This document shows, in pieces, positions 13,003-24,022 of a DNA stretch of 64,000 nt (within the stretch, counting starts at the first letter, position 1; every line of letters begins with the position of its first letter). The stretch comes from Torpedo marmorata (taxonomy: Eukaryota): the NCBI GenBank assembly GCA_977017645.1, contig OZ360219.1, forward strand, positions 22,692,001-22,756,000, written 5' to 3'. The position numbers were made by a program, and so were the translations under genes. The notes under the pieces were generated by a model. The model had not been told where the DNA came from and did no database searches. It saw only the letters and a list, made by a program, of their open reading frames with translations.

Positions 13003-14340
13003 TTAGAACCCTTCAAAATCACTTTCGCTATCATTGTCTGAGGCAAAGATCTCGGCAAGCACATCCGGGGTCTCACTGTTTAAACAGTCATCGTACGGGT
13101 CCCAGTCTGTATCTGATGAGGCGTCTTCAGCTTCGTCGTCAGTGTCCCACAATAAATCATCTTCCGTACCATCAATTGCACAAGAGATACCGCACTTTTT
13201 AAACGATTTTATTATAGTCTCTACTTTCACTTTGTCCCATGCCTTGAGCACGAAGTCACACAGCACATCAAGCGATGCAGCACGCATTGCCCCGCCTTTT
13301 GTAAATGATTTTTCTGCACTCGACATCCATGTATTCCACTCTTCACGCACGTGGTCTTTGAATGGCTTGTTCAAGCAGACATCGAGAGGTTGCAATATTG
13401 ACGTCAAACCACCCGGGATAACCGCCATGTGAGTATTATGTTGTGCTAATGTACTTTTAGTCTTCTCAGTTAAGTGGCTACGAAACATATCCCAGACCAG
13501 CAAACTCCGTTCCTTGCGTAAACCGCCTGGCCGCCTGTTCCACACATTGTCTATCCATAGTTTTACACCATTTTCATCCATCCATCCTTTTTCATGAAAA
13601 TGTACAAAAATACCTGCAGGGAATTTTATTTTAGGTTTAAATTTGCGTTTGAAGATTACCATGGGTCTTAACTTTGTCCCGTCGGCCATGCACGATAACA
13701 CCACGGTAAACCTGGTCCTTTCATGTCCTGTACTCCTCATTTGCACAGTTTTCACACCTTTCCATTCCACTGTTCTATTGCCTATCATGTCAAAATTCAT
13801 GGGGGTTTCGTCCATGTTTCCAATATTTGCCAATGCAAACTTGTGTTTCTTCCGGTTACGTAAAATAAACTGGTGAAAACTTACAACTTTATGATCAAGA
13901 TCTTTTGGTAGTTTCTGAGCAATTTTAGTTTTTTGTCGTAATACCAGATTTTTCCTGTTCATAAAACGGTTGCACCAGCCTACTGAAGCTTCAAAATCAT
14001 TACTGAGTTCTGGGTGCGACTTTGCCCAGTTCAGTGCAAATGTCCTTATTTTATTTCGGGTGACTATGTAGCAATCTTGCCTCTGTTCACGTACCCATGC
14101 TGCTACATGATTTTCCAACTCTGGCCAACGAGTGATTCCTCTTCTCATGGAACATTGCCTTTTTGGTATTTTTCTTAAAGTCTCTTCTTTCTTCCTCCAA
14201 TCTCTTACCAACTTCTCATATATACCAAATTTTCTTGCAGCAGCACAGTTGTTGGTTTTCTTTGCCATTTCTACTACTTTCAATTTAAAACTCGCCTCAT
14301 ACTTTCGTCATTTCAATTGAGCCTTCAATGGAGCCTCCAT
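13003..14340 (-). pseudogene. pogo transposase (Brinker-like DBD, CENP-B HTH, DDE_1); 445 codons with one stop at codon 11
   Basis: MEAPLKAQLK*RKYEASFKLKVVEMA...; NMDETP, LVWDMFRSH, LQPLDVC with 35 residues between the 2nd and 3rd D; acidic tail. Confidence 0.9.
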
Positions 14341-14354
14341 GATAACAATCACCT

Positions 14355-14690
14355 CCAGCCAACGCCCAGCAGCTCAATGATCGCGATCGTTATGGGTCGA
14401 CCTATACGCCGGTCACCGCCCAGCAGCTCAATGATCGCGATCGTTATGGGTCGACCTATACGCCGGTCACCGCCCAGCAGCTCAATGATCGCGATCGTTA
14501 TGGGTCGATCTATACGCCAGTCAACGCCCAGCAGCTCAATGATCTCGAGCGGTGTGGGTCGATCTATACGTCATTCAACGGCCAGCAGCTCAATCATCGC
14601 GTTTTTTTAGGGGTCGACCTATACGCCGGTCAACGCCTAGCAGCTCAATCATCGCGTTTTTTTAGGGTCGACTTATACGCCGGTCAATGC
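14355..14690. repeat. ~54-bp subterminal tandem array of the pogo element
   Basis: cgcccagcagctcaatgatcgcgatcgttatgggtcgacctatacgccggtca and variants, about 6 units. Confidence 0.85.
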
Positions 14691-15020
14691 GCAACATCTC
14701 AGGCATCGAGATTTTTGGGGTCGACTTATACGCCGGATATACCATAAAACCATTAAAATGAGGCTGAAAAAGGGGGGTCGACTTATCCGCCGGTCGACTT
14801 ATACGCCGAAATATACGGTATTTATTTTGAATGCTTCCTCTGTGCAAATGTCAACTTCCCTGCAAGTTGATTCTTGTTTTGCAAGGACCCGACTTATTTT
14901 TAACAAAATAGGCGTTGCCCCTAATTTAAGGCCATTATTGTTGGTGCATCGATATCATTTTACATAACATATATTACATTAAAACACATGATCATTATCC
15001 CCAAAATGATCCCCACTGAC

Positions 15021-15481
15021 TGCCAAACCAAGGTCACCCATAAATTGGAGGAGCAACACCTCGTATTCCGTCTGGGCACTCTCCAACCAGATGGCATTAA
15101 CATTGATTTCTCTACTTTCTGCTAGACCACGCCCCATTCTCCCTCTCTTGCCTATCCCCGTCTCCTTTCCTCCCGTTCTCCACCCTTTCCCTCTCCATTC
15201 ACAGAGCCAACCCCCTCCCCAATTGCTGTTGTGCCCTCCCTCCCTTATCCACCCATTACCTCTTGCCTGTGGGCCTGTGCTCCTCCCTTGCCCCTCCCCC
15301 CACCATTTTATTCATGTGCCTGCTACATTTTGCTCATACCTTGATGTAGGGCTCAGGCCTGAAACGTTGGTTATGTAGCTTTACCTTTGCTATATAAAGT
15401 ACGCTGTGTGACCTGCTGAGTTTGTCCAGCATTGTGTTTTTACTTCAATCAAAGCGTCTGCAGACATTCGTGTTTTACTCC
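15021..15481 (+). mobile_element. Penelope-like element 3' fragment
   Basis: KLEEQHLVFRLGTLQPDGINIDFS (GIY-YIG C-terminus), pyrimidine-rich UTR, hammerhead-like motif 15332-15379; TSD ccccactgac 15011-15020 / 15482-15491. Confidence 0.85.
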
Positions 15482-15810
15482 CCCCACTGACATTCCTTCC
15501 ACTAAGATAGCCACAAGTTACAGAAATGCTAGTTTCTTCGATACTTTATCGACATTTTGGATCAAAAAGCTCCACACCGAATCTTTATGCTTAGCGGCCC
15601 CAGTGAATATGTGGGAAATTGAAATCCCCTAATGATGTGCTTCATTATATCTCTCTGCTATTTGCCTATATATCTGGTCCTCTACCTCTTGTTGACTATT
15701 AAGAGGTGTGTAAAATAACCCCAACAATGTGATGACATCCTTTTTGTTCCTTATCGCTACCTGTAAGGCCTAGTTTGAGGCGCCTTTTAAGATATCCTCC
15801 CTCAATACTA

Positions 15811-17690
15811 ATTTTTTTTAAACCAAAAATCGACTTTATTCACTATAATTTACAAAAGGAAACCCGTTCAATGTCTCTTCCCATCCTTGGTTTCATATCC
15901 ATACATTTCCATCACTGTACATTGTTACATTTATTTCTATTTACACTATAACCACCATTGTGACATCTTGTCGCTTCTACCCCTCTGTTGTTTGAGGGCC
16001 TTCCCCTCAGTCTCAGCAGCTGATTGCCTGGTAATGGGAGGACTCTAGACTGTGGTCCTTCCCCACAGCGCCCTCACGTTGGCTGAACCAAGCCTCAGCA
16101 CATACTCCTGCAGCTTGGAATCTGCCAGTCGGCAGCATTCCCTCACCGACATCTCTGTGTGCTGAAAAACCAATAGGTTTCAGGCAGATCAAATTGTGTC
16201 TTTCACAGAATTGATGGTGTTTCACCATTTCTGGATGTCTGACTCTGTGTGCGTCCCCGGGAATAGTCTGGAAATCAGAGAATCCTCTGTCACGCTGCTG
16301 CTGGGAATGAACCGTGACAAGGACCTTCCCATTCTTTTCCACACACTCATAGCAAATTTGCATTCTGCAAAGAGGTGGGTGACTGTCTCTATTCCACCAG
16401 TCAGCTTGGGGCCAACGTGCATTGTTGGTGATGTTCTGGTTGTACAGGAAGGATCTGACTGTGAGGGCTCCTCTGACCACCAGCCAGGCCAAGCCCTGGT
16501 GCTAGTTTGTGAGCACTGGCGATGAGGCATTCTGCCAGATGACGTGGATCATCTACTCATGGAATCACCCCACCATGTCCATCGAGACTTCGTCTCTCAG
16601 TGTGTGCAGGATGTTCTGTGCTGACCACTGCCTGATGGCCTTGTGGTCAAGGGTGTTGATCTGGAAAAAGGTTTCCACGAAGGAAAGGCTGTGTGTCAAA
16701 GTCCAGCTGACTGGGACATTGCTCGGCAATGGAGTCAGGCCATCCTTCGCAACACCCAGGACAGGTAGAACCTCAGCACATAGCGGCACTTGGTGGCCTC
16801 GTACTTTGGTTCCACGCACAGCCTGATGTAGCCACACACCAAGGTGGTTTTCAGGATGAGGGCCACGTTGGGTATGCCCTTGCCCCCAATGTCCGACAAC
16901 TGGTACATGGCGACCCTTCGGACCCTTTCCATTTTGAATCCCTATATTAACCTGTAAACTGCTCTGCTGACCACCAGGGCGGAGGTGCAAGGGATGGGCC
17001 ACACCTGCGCCACATACAGCAGTATGGACACCTGATGACCAGGTTCTTTCCTGTCATTCAGAGGCAGTGCCGTGCCCACAGACCCAATATCTGGCGGACC
17101 TTTGCGATCCTCTCTGACCAATTCTTGTTGTCCCTCCAAACCAGATCGCCGACAACTTCAGATAGTCAGATCTGACTGTGAAGGGGATGATGGACCGTTT
17201 GGACCAGTTACCGACAGGAGTGAGTGGGCAGCCGTGCACGACTCCAGTCCTGAAAGGGAACCTGTTTCCCACCCATTGATTTGGAATGCGGTACGGATGT
17301 TTGTGTAGAGCAGTTTAATCTAATTCCGGATTCCCTCCCCAAAGCCCATTTTGGAGAGCACGTCCATCATGTACGTGTGCGATATCCGTTCAAAAGCCTT
17401 CTCCTGGAGTACGTTGACCAGGCAGGTGTCCACCCCCTGTCCTGCACGTAGGCAATGGTATCTCTAAGCAGCATGAGGCTGTCAGAGATGTTCCTGCCTG
17501 GAACCGTGCAGGTTTGGTCTGGGTGGATCACCTACCCCAGTGCAGACTTGACTCGATTGGCGATGGCACTGGACAGGGTTTTGTAGTCAACGTTTATCAA
17601 TGATATGGGTCTCCAATTCCTGACGTCTTCCTTCTCTCCATTCTGTTCGAAGATGATGGTGATGATGCCGTTCCTCATGGAGTCTGACTT
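15811..17690 (-). mobile_element. Degenerate Tx1-like LINE, 5'-truncated
   Basis: NWRPISLINVDYKTLS, HPDQTCTVPGR, GGKGIPNVAL, ETVTHLFAECKFA; polyA signal and A-tail at ~15811-15840. Confidence 0.75.
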
Positions 17691-18707
17691 GTTGCCTGTC
17701 AAAACTTTCAATGCCACCTCCTCTCTTACATGGCCCTCTGTCCCTCCTGCCAATCTTTCACCACATCTCAGTGATGGCAACAATATCATGTTATTTAAAG
17801 CATACTGGTGAGAGTCTTGTATAAAAATAGATTCAATTTTGCTTTGTAGTCCCCTCATTTACCTGTCTCTCTGCCTACCGGCCAATAACATTTTCTCCTC
17901 TGGGTGACTGTACCTCCCAATATGAATATCTACTCTGATCCTTATTCCCCCATCAACTAAGTTTAAATCTTCCCCAATAGCATTATCAAACCTCCTCAAA
18001 AGGATGTTGGCTCCATTCCAACTAAGGTGCAACCCACTCCACTTTACAGGTTCCATCTTCCCTAGGAACAGACCCAACAACCCAGAAATCTAAAGCCCAT
18101 GCCCCTGACCCATCCCTTTAACAAAGCATTCATTTCACCTATCCTTCTATTCCTATATTCACTCTGACTCGTGGCATCAGAAGCAATCAGAGATTACAAC
18201 CTTCGATGTCCTGCTCTTTAAATGGCTACCTAGCTCCCTATGTTCAAAGAACATGTCTCAAATTATTTTAAAAAATACTTTGAAACTGGAGCAAAGGGTA
18301 TTGGTAGCACAGCCACCATTTCCATATCAAGGTTCAATTCTAGATCAGACAGATGGAGCAGAAGTTCAAAATGTTTTAACATAGATCAAAATAGAAAAAA
18401 GTAATCTTCAAATATTTTCAGAGGGCATGGGACAGTTTCTAAAAATATGTTCTTATACATCTTATAAAATTTGAAATGGAAGTGAGTTTCATTTCCAGAA
18501 GCAGGATTTTATATAAGAGCAGGAGACTACAAGTACCAGTGAGGGTGTGTGCTTAGCTTGGCTACTTTACTGTAGCCAATAAAAGAAAGGGAAGCTCAAG
18601 TGGAGCAACCATTGCAGGAGTGGCCCAGTTTGAAGACTTCATGGCTTTGGATTGAAAGGCTTGGGCAGGAAGAGGAAGAGCTGAGGGCTTGGATGTCTCA
18701 TACAAAG

Positions 18708-19165
18708 TTCAGATTTATTGTCAGAGACCTTAAATGAGTCTCTGATTGAGTGTGTCGTTGAGCAGTCTGATGGTGGAGGGGTAGCAACTGTTCCTGAACC
18801 TGGTGGGGCGAGTCTTGTGGCACCAATACCTCCTTCCTGATGGTAGCAGCGAGAACAGAGCATGTCCTAGGTGGTGTAGATCCTTGATGATTGCTGCTGC
18901 TCTCCAACGGCAGCATTCCACGTAGATTTTCTTGATGGTGGGGAGAATTTTGCCTGTGATGTACTGGGCTGTGTCCAGGTCTTTCTGCTCAGAGGTATTG
19001 GTGCCCCCACACCAGACTGAGATGCAGCTGGTCAGCACACTGTCCACTATACATCTCTGGAAGTCTGCCAAGGTTTTCGATGTCATAACAAACCTCAGCA
19101 AACTCCTGAGGAAATAGAGATGCTGATGTGCTTTCTTCACTATGACATTCATGTGTTGAGATAGT
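18708..19165 (-). mobile_element. Rex1/Babar-type LINE 3' fragment
   Basis: KKAHQHLYFLRSL...IKDLHHLGHALFSLLPSGRRY...FRNSCYPSTIRLLN; tail aataaatctgaact. Confidence 0.8.
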
Positions 19166-20755
19166 GACTCCCAGAAATTTAAATTTCACTAAAAGGATGT
19201 GGAAAACCAGTGATGCCACAAGTGTTCCTGATGCCTTCACCTATGAGAAGTGCATCCAGCTGCAGCTCCTTACAGTCTGCATTAGGGAACCGAAGCTCAA
19301 ACTCTAGATCATTCGGAAGGCTGAAGGGGTTACAGACAGGAGTTACAGGGAGGCAGTGACACCAAGGAGGCAAGAGGCAGGTAGCTGGGACCATCAGGAG
19401 AGGGAAAGACAATAAGCAGTCAAGGCAAGGAACCCCATGGGCATTCGCTTCAATAACACATACATAGTTTTGGATACTTTTGGGGGTTATGATCTACCAG
19501 GGGAAAGCTGCAGCAGCCAGGTCTCCGTCATGGAGTCTGGCTCTGTGGCTCAGAAGGGAAGGGGAGAGAGAAGAGCAATAGTGATAGGGGAACAGACCGG
19601 AGATTCTATGGAGGTGAGAGAGAGAGACGCTCAGATGGTATGCTCTCTCCCAGATGCCAGTGACGTCTGATCATGTCCATGGCATTTTTGAGTGAGGGTG
19701 AGCAGCCAAACGTTGTGGAACATGTTGGTACCAACAACATCGATAGGAAAAGGGATGAGGTTCTGAAGAGAGAATATAGGGAGTTAGGAAGGAAGCTAAA
19801 AAGCAGGACCTCAATGGAAGTAATCTCAGTTAAGGCAAGAATCAGAAGATATGGCAGATGGTTGCATGGCTGAAGAGTTGGAGGGCTTCAGATTTGTGGA
19901 TCATTGGAATCTCTCATGGAGAGGCATGACATGTACAAAAGAGACAGGTTGCACCTGATTTCGAGAGGAACAAACATTCTTATGGGCAAATCTGCGAGAG
20001 AGCTGTTGGGGAGGATTGAAACAAGTTTGGCAAGGGGATGAGAACGAGAGTGTTAGGTCAGATGGTGGTGGAAAGGTAGATACAATGTGCAGGTGGGTCC
20101 CCGAGACCAGACCAGACAGGATATATCCCAGATTACTATGGAAAGAGGGGGAAGAGATTACTAAGGTGCAGGCATTGATCTTTGCATCCTCCCTGGTTGC
20201 AGGACAGGTACCAAAGGAGTAGAGGATGGAAAATGTGGTTTCTTGTTCAAAAAAGGTAACAGAGAATCTAGTGAGTCTTATATCAATACTGGACAAACTA
20301 TTGGGAGAGGATTTTTAGGGACAGGATTTACGAGCATTTGGAGAGGGAAAGTCTTATTTGGGATAGCAAGCATGGCTTTGAAGGGCAGGTCGTGCTTTAC
20401 AAGCCTAATTGAGATTTTGAGGAGGTGAGAAAAGTAATCGATGAAGGTGTGGTGTACATGGATTTTAGCAAGGCATTTGACAAGGTTGCCCATGGTAGGC
20501 TCATCCAGAAAGTCATGAGACATGGGATGTGTGGAAAACCTGGCAGTCTGGATTCAGAATTGACTTGCCCACAGAAGGCAGAGGATTATACTTTTTACGT
20601 GTATTTTTATGTGTACTCTGCCTGGAGGTCAGAGACTAGTGGTGTTCCACAGGGATCAGTTCTGGGACCCCTGCTCTTTGTGATTTTTCTAAATGACTTG
20701 GATGAAGAAGTGGAGGGCTGGGTCAGTAAGTTAGCAGATGACACAAAGGTAGGAG

Positions 20756-22025
20756 TAAAAAACACAAATGCTGGAGAACTCAGCAGGTCAAACAGTGTCT
20801 TTTATGTAGCAAAGGTAGAAATACATAACCGACGTTTCGGGCTTGAGCCCTTCATCAAAGTATGAGAAAATGCTGGCAGGCGTCCGAACAAAGGAGTGAG
20901 GGGGGAAGGGGGGGTGGCAAAGGCAGGAGATGATAGGTGGAGAAAGGAGGGAGGGGACAGCAGCAAAGAGGGGGAGGAGGGATGGCTGGGTGGGTGGAAA
21001 AAAACAGGAAGGACAGGTGAGGGGGGAAGGGAACAACAAGCAGGTTTAGTGGAAAGCAGAGAAGTCAATGTTAATGCCATCTGGCTGGAGAGTGCCGAGA
21101 CGGAATATGAGATGTTGTTCCTCCAATTTGCGGGTAGTCTGGGTGGGATAGTACATGAGGCCATGGACAGACATGTGAGTGTGGGAGTGTGACCCAGAAT
21201 TGAAATGGTTGGCTACTGGGAGGTCGCTGTTGTTGCGGACGGAGAGGAGGTGCTCAGCAAAGCGGTCTCCCAATCTACGACCGGTCTCTCCAATGTATAG
21301 AAAGCCACAAAGGGAGCACCGGATGCAGTAAATAAGTCCTCTGGATGTACAAGTGAAGTGTAGTTTCACTTGGAAGGCCTGTTTGGGGCCCTGGACCGTG
21401 GTGAGGGGGGAGGTGTGGGCGCAGATGTTGCACCTCCTGCGGGCACAGGGGAAGGTTCTGGGGGTGCGATGGGTGGGGAGGGACGAGTGAATCGCGGAGG
21501 GAGCGGTCCCTACGGAAGGCCGAGAGGGGAGAAGGAAAAATGTGTCTGGTGGTGGGATCCTGCAGCAAGTGCCGGAAATTCCGGCGGATAATGTGTTGGA
21601 TGCGGAGGCTGGTGGGGTGGTAGGTGAGGATGAGGGGTATTCTATGTTTGTTGCGTCTGGGGGCAGAGGGGGCCAGGGCAGATGAGCGGGAAATGGAGGA
21701 GATGCGGGTGAGGGCTGAGTTGCTGGTGGTGGAGGGGAAGCCACGTTTGTGGAAAAAGGCAGTCATTTCAGAAGATCTGGAGTGGAACACCTCATCTTGG
21801 GAACAGATGCGGCGGAGGCGGAGAAATTGAGAGAAGGGGATGGAGTCCTTGCAGGGGACAGGGTGTGAGGATGTGTAGTCCAGATAGTTGTGGGAGTTGG
21901 AGGGTTTGTAGTAAATGTCGGTGGAAAGCTTGTCTCCCGAGATGGAGACAGAGAGATCCAGGAAGGGGAGAGTGTTATCGGAGATGGACCAGGTGAGTTT
22001 GAGATCGTGGTGAAAGTTGGATGCG
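20756..22025 (-). mobile_element. Penelope-like element, 5'-truncated (RT C-terminus and GIY-YIG endonuclease)
   Basis: YYKPSNSHNYLDY, PFSQFLRLRRICS, LIYCIRCSLCGFLYIGETGRRLGDRFAEH, PVANHFN; TSD aaggtaggag 20746-20755 / 22026-22035. Confidence 0.92.
20824..20864 (-). ncRNA. Putative minimal type I hammerhead ribozyme in the Penelope terminal region
   Basis: CATACT TTGATGAA GGGC-TCAA-GCCC GAAACGTC GGTTATG: core-like boxes, 4-bp stem II, palindromic ACGT replacing stem III, flanking stem I. Core deviates from CUGANGA. Confidence 0.55.
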
Positions 22026-23527
22026 AAGGTAGGAGGTGTTCTGGAAAGTGTAGGTTTATCGTTGGTTACAACAGGATATAGACAGCATGCAGAGTTGGGC
22101 GGAGAAGTAGCACATGGAGTTCAATCCAGAAAAGTGGGATGTGATGACCTTTCGCAAGTCTATTTATTCTGCCTTCACGTTTATGGCAGGATTCTTAACA
22201 GTGAGGAGGAACAGAGGGATCTTGGGATCAAATACAAGTTGATAGGGTGGTGAAGAATGTCTTCATTAGTTGGAAGACTGAGTTCAAGAGCTACGAGGTA
22301 ATGTTGCAGCTCTTTAAAAAAAAAAACAACTCTGGTTAGACCACGTGTTCAGATCTGGATGCGTCATTATAGGAAGGACGTGGAAGCTTTGGTGAGGGTG
22401 CAGAGATTTACCAGGTTGCTGCCTGGAAAGGTAAATCCTGCCTTGAGGCGACGAAGGTTGAGAGATAACTTAATAGAGGTGAACAAGATTGTCAGAGACA
22501 TAGATGGGGTGGAGAGCCAGTAATACTTTTCCCCAGGGCAGCAATGGCCAATACCAGAGGACATCTGTTTAAGGTGAATGGAGGAAGGTTTACAGAAAAT
22601 GTCTGAGCTAAGTTTTTTTTTTAAACAGAGTAGAAAATACCTGGAATGCATTGCTGGGGATGGTGGTGGCTGCTGGTACAATAGTGACATTGAAAAGACT
22701 CTTAGATTGGCACATGGATGCAAGGAAAATAGAGGGTCATGGGCTGTGAGGTTGGGAAGGGTTCGATTGATTGTGGAATAGATTTATATTGGTCAGCACA
22801 ACATCATGGGCCAAAGGGCCCATACTGTGCTATACTGTTCTATGTTTTTGTAAATTAAAACATGAAATAATTTATAGTTTGAAAAATTTCAAATCATTGA
22901 AACTTTTATCTTTAATTTAGCCTTTTAGCCTTCACACGTTTCAATCAAAAGAAGTAACTGTATTTTACATAATGTACACTAATCATAAAAAATGTAAAAT
23001 CCAATATAACCAATTTAACAGCTCCACTTAAGGATTATTGTCAACTGATTTCACTGAATGCCTATATAAAAAGTGACCATTACCACTAAGGCAGCTGATA
23101 CTGGAGAAAGTTGTCACACTTTCTTATACATTTACAGCATGTAGACATGATAGCAAGGCCTGCAATTTTTGTCCACTCTCTGGAGACAATAAAACCATTT
23201 CTTGAACTGCTTCTGCGAACCTGGAGATGATACTCTGACAGTGTTCAGAGGTAGAAAGTTGGAAGTTTTACACCAGGCCATAACAAAGCAATATATTTCC
23301 AAGTCAGACAGAGTGTGTTTCTAGGATGGGAACCTGTGAGTAGTCATGTTCCTAAGCTTCTGCCATTCCTGTCCTTGGTGGCACTCTCGAGTGTTGGGTG
23401 CATGGAGTACATTTTACAGATGGTGCATACTATGGCCAAAGTGTGGTAATAGTGGAATGAACTGAAAATGCCAAAAGATAATCTGAGGAAAATGCTATGT
23501 AGGTTCAAACACAAAATAACATTTTAC

Positions 23528-23689
23528 CTGTACAAATACTTTTTGCAAAAGTGCCCGTCGTTCGCTAAGTGGTATTTCTGTCTGTGCTCCTCCAGGTACA
23601 TCAGGCACATGAGGAAGATCAAAGAACAGGTAAAGACATTTAACCAACGTGGAAGGTAGTGACATCGTTGTCATGTAGTCCACAGTTTT
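23528..23689 (-). CDS. WDFY3: WDFY3 coding exon, 162 nt
   Basis: acacag|AAA ACT GTG...GTA CAG|gtaaaa. Encodes KTVDYMTTMSLPSTLVKCLYLFFDLPHVPDVPGGAQTEIPLSERRALLQKVFVQ, continuing WDFY3 in frame. Confidence 0.95.
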
Positions 23690-23896
23690 CTGTGTTGGAA
23701 AAGAAAGGATATCAGACTATTGTTACCTACATTGAAAGAGCATTCTGATCCTCCAACTGCATCATTTGTTGCTACAATTTCAAAACACATTTTCAAATGC
23801 ACCTTAAGCAGCAACACAACCAACAGAAAATATTCATAACCAAATCATAGATCACATTAATTCATACAATGAAGTTGGTTATCCCTCAACAACATT

Positions 23897-23984
23897 TAAA
23901 AAAAATTTTTTTTTTAATTTTTTAACCACCAAATAGAATTTACAATACAAATCTTTAAAATTGTCTAATCCATTATACATGTGT

Positions 23985-24022
<38 letters not shown>

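Larger units (their letters stand above)
12659..14818 (-). mobile_element. Full-length pogo-superfamily (DD35D, POGK/Passer-like) DNA transposon
   Basis: TA on both sides; perfect 27-bp TIR ccgtatatttcggcgtataagtcgacc; transposase inside. Confidence 0.95.
11590..18240 (-). mobile_element. Old fragmented CR1 LINE, broken by pogo, Penelope and Tx1 insertions
   Basis: Remnants include VVYMDF-like (~11790), VLNEHFSSIFTKE (12166-12354 ORF), endonuclease-like pieces ~15500-15800, and esterase end GLHLSWNGANIL (17859-18080). Boundaries approximate. Confidence 0.6.
19180..22850 (+). mobile_element. Degenerate CR1 LINE (ORF1 esterase, RT remnants, 3' tail), interrupted by a Penelope element
   Basis: HVGTNNI esterase motif; [11 protein letters not shown]; [14 protein letters not shown]; LADDTKVG; tail gggccaaagggcc...ctgtgctatactgttctatgtt. 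Confidence 0.8.

Noticed and set aside
13003-14283. Calling the transposase the host gene POGK
   Set aside because: Flanked by TIRs and TA TSDs, with no KRAB domain or exons; it is a transposon.
1-23527. Next WDFY3 exon (expected to begin ILVKLC)
   Set aside because: Not found by eye in the non-repetitive stretches; probably lies left of the window.
23987-24019. (TA)n microsatellite
   Set aside because: Ordinary expansion within an L1 3' UTR.
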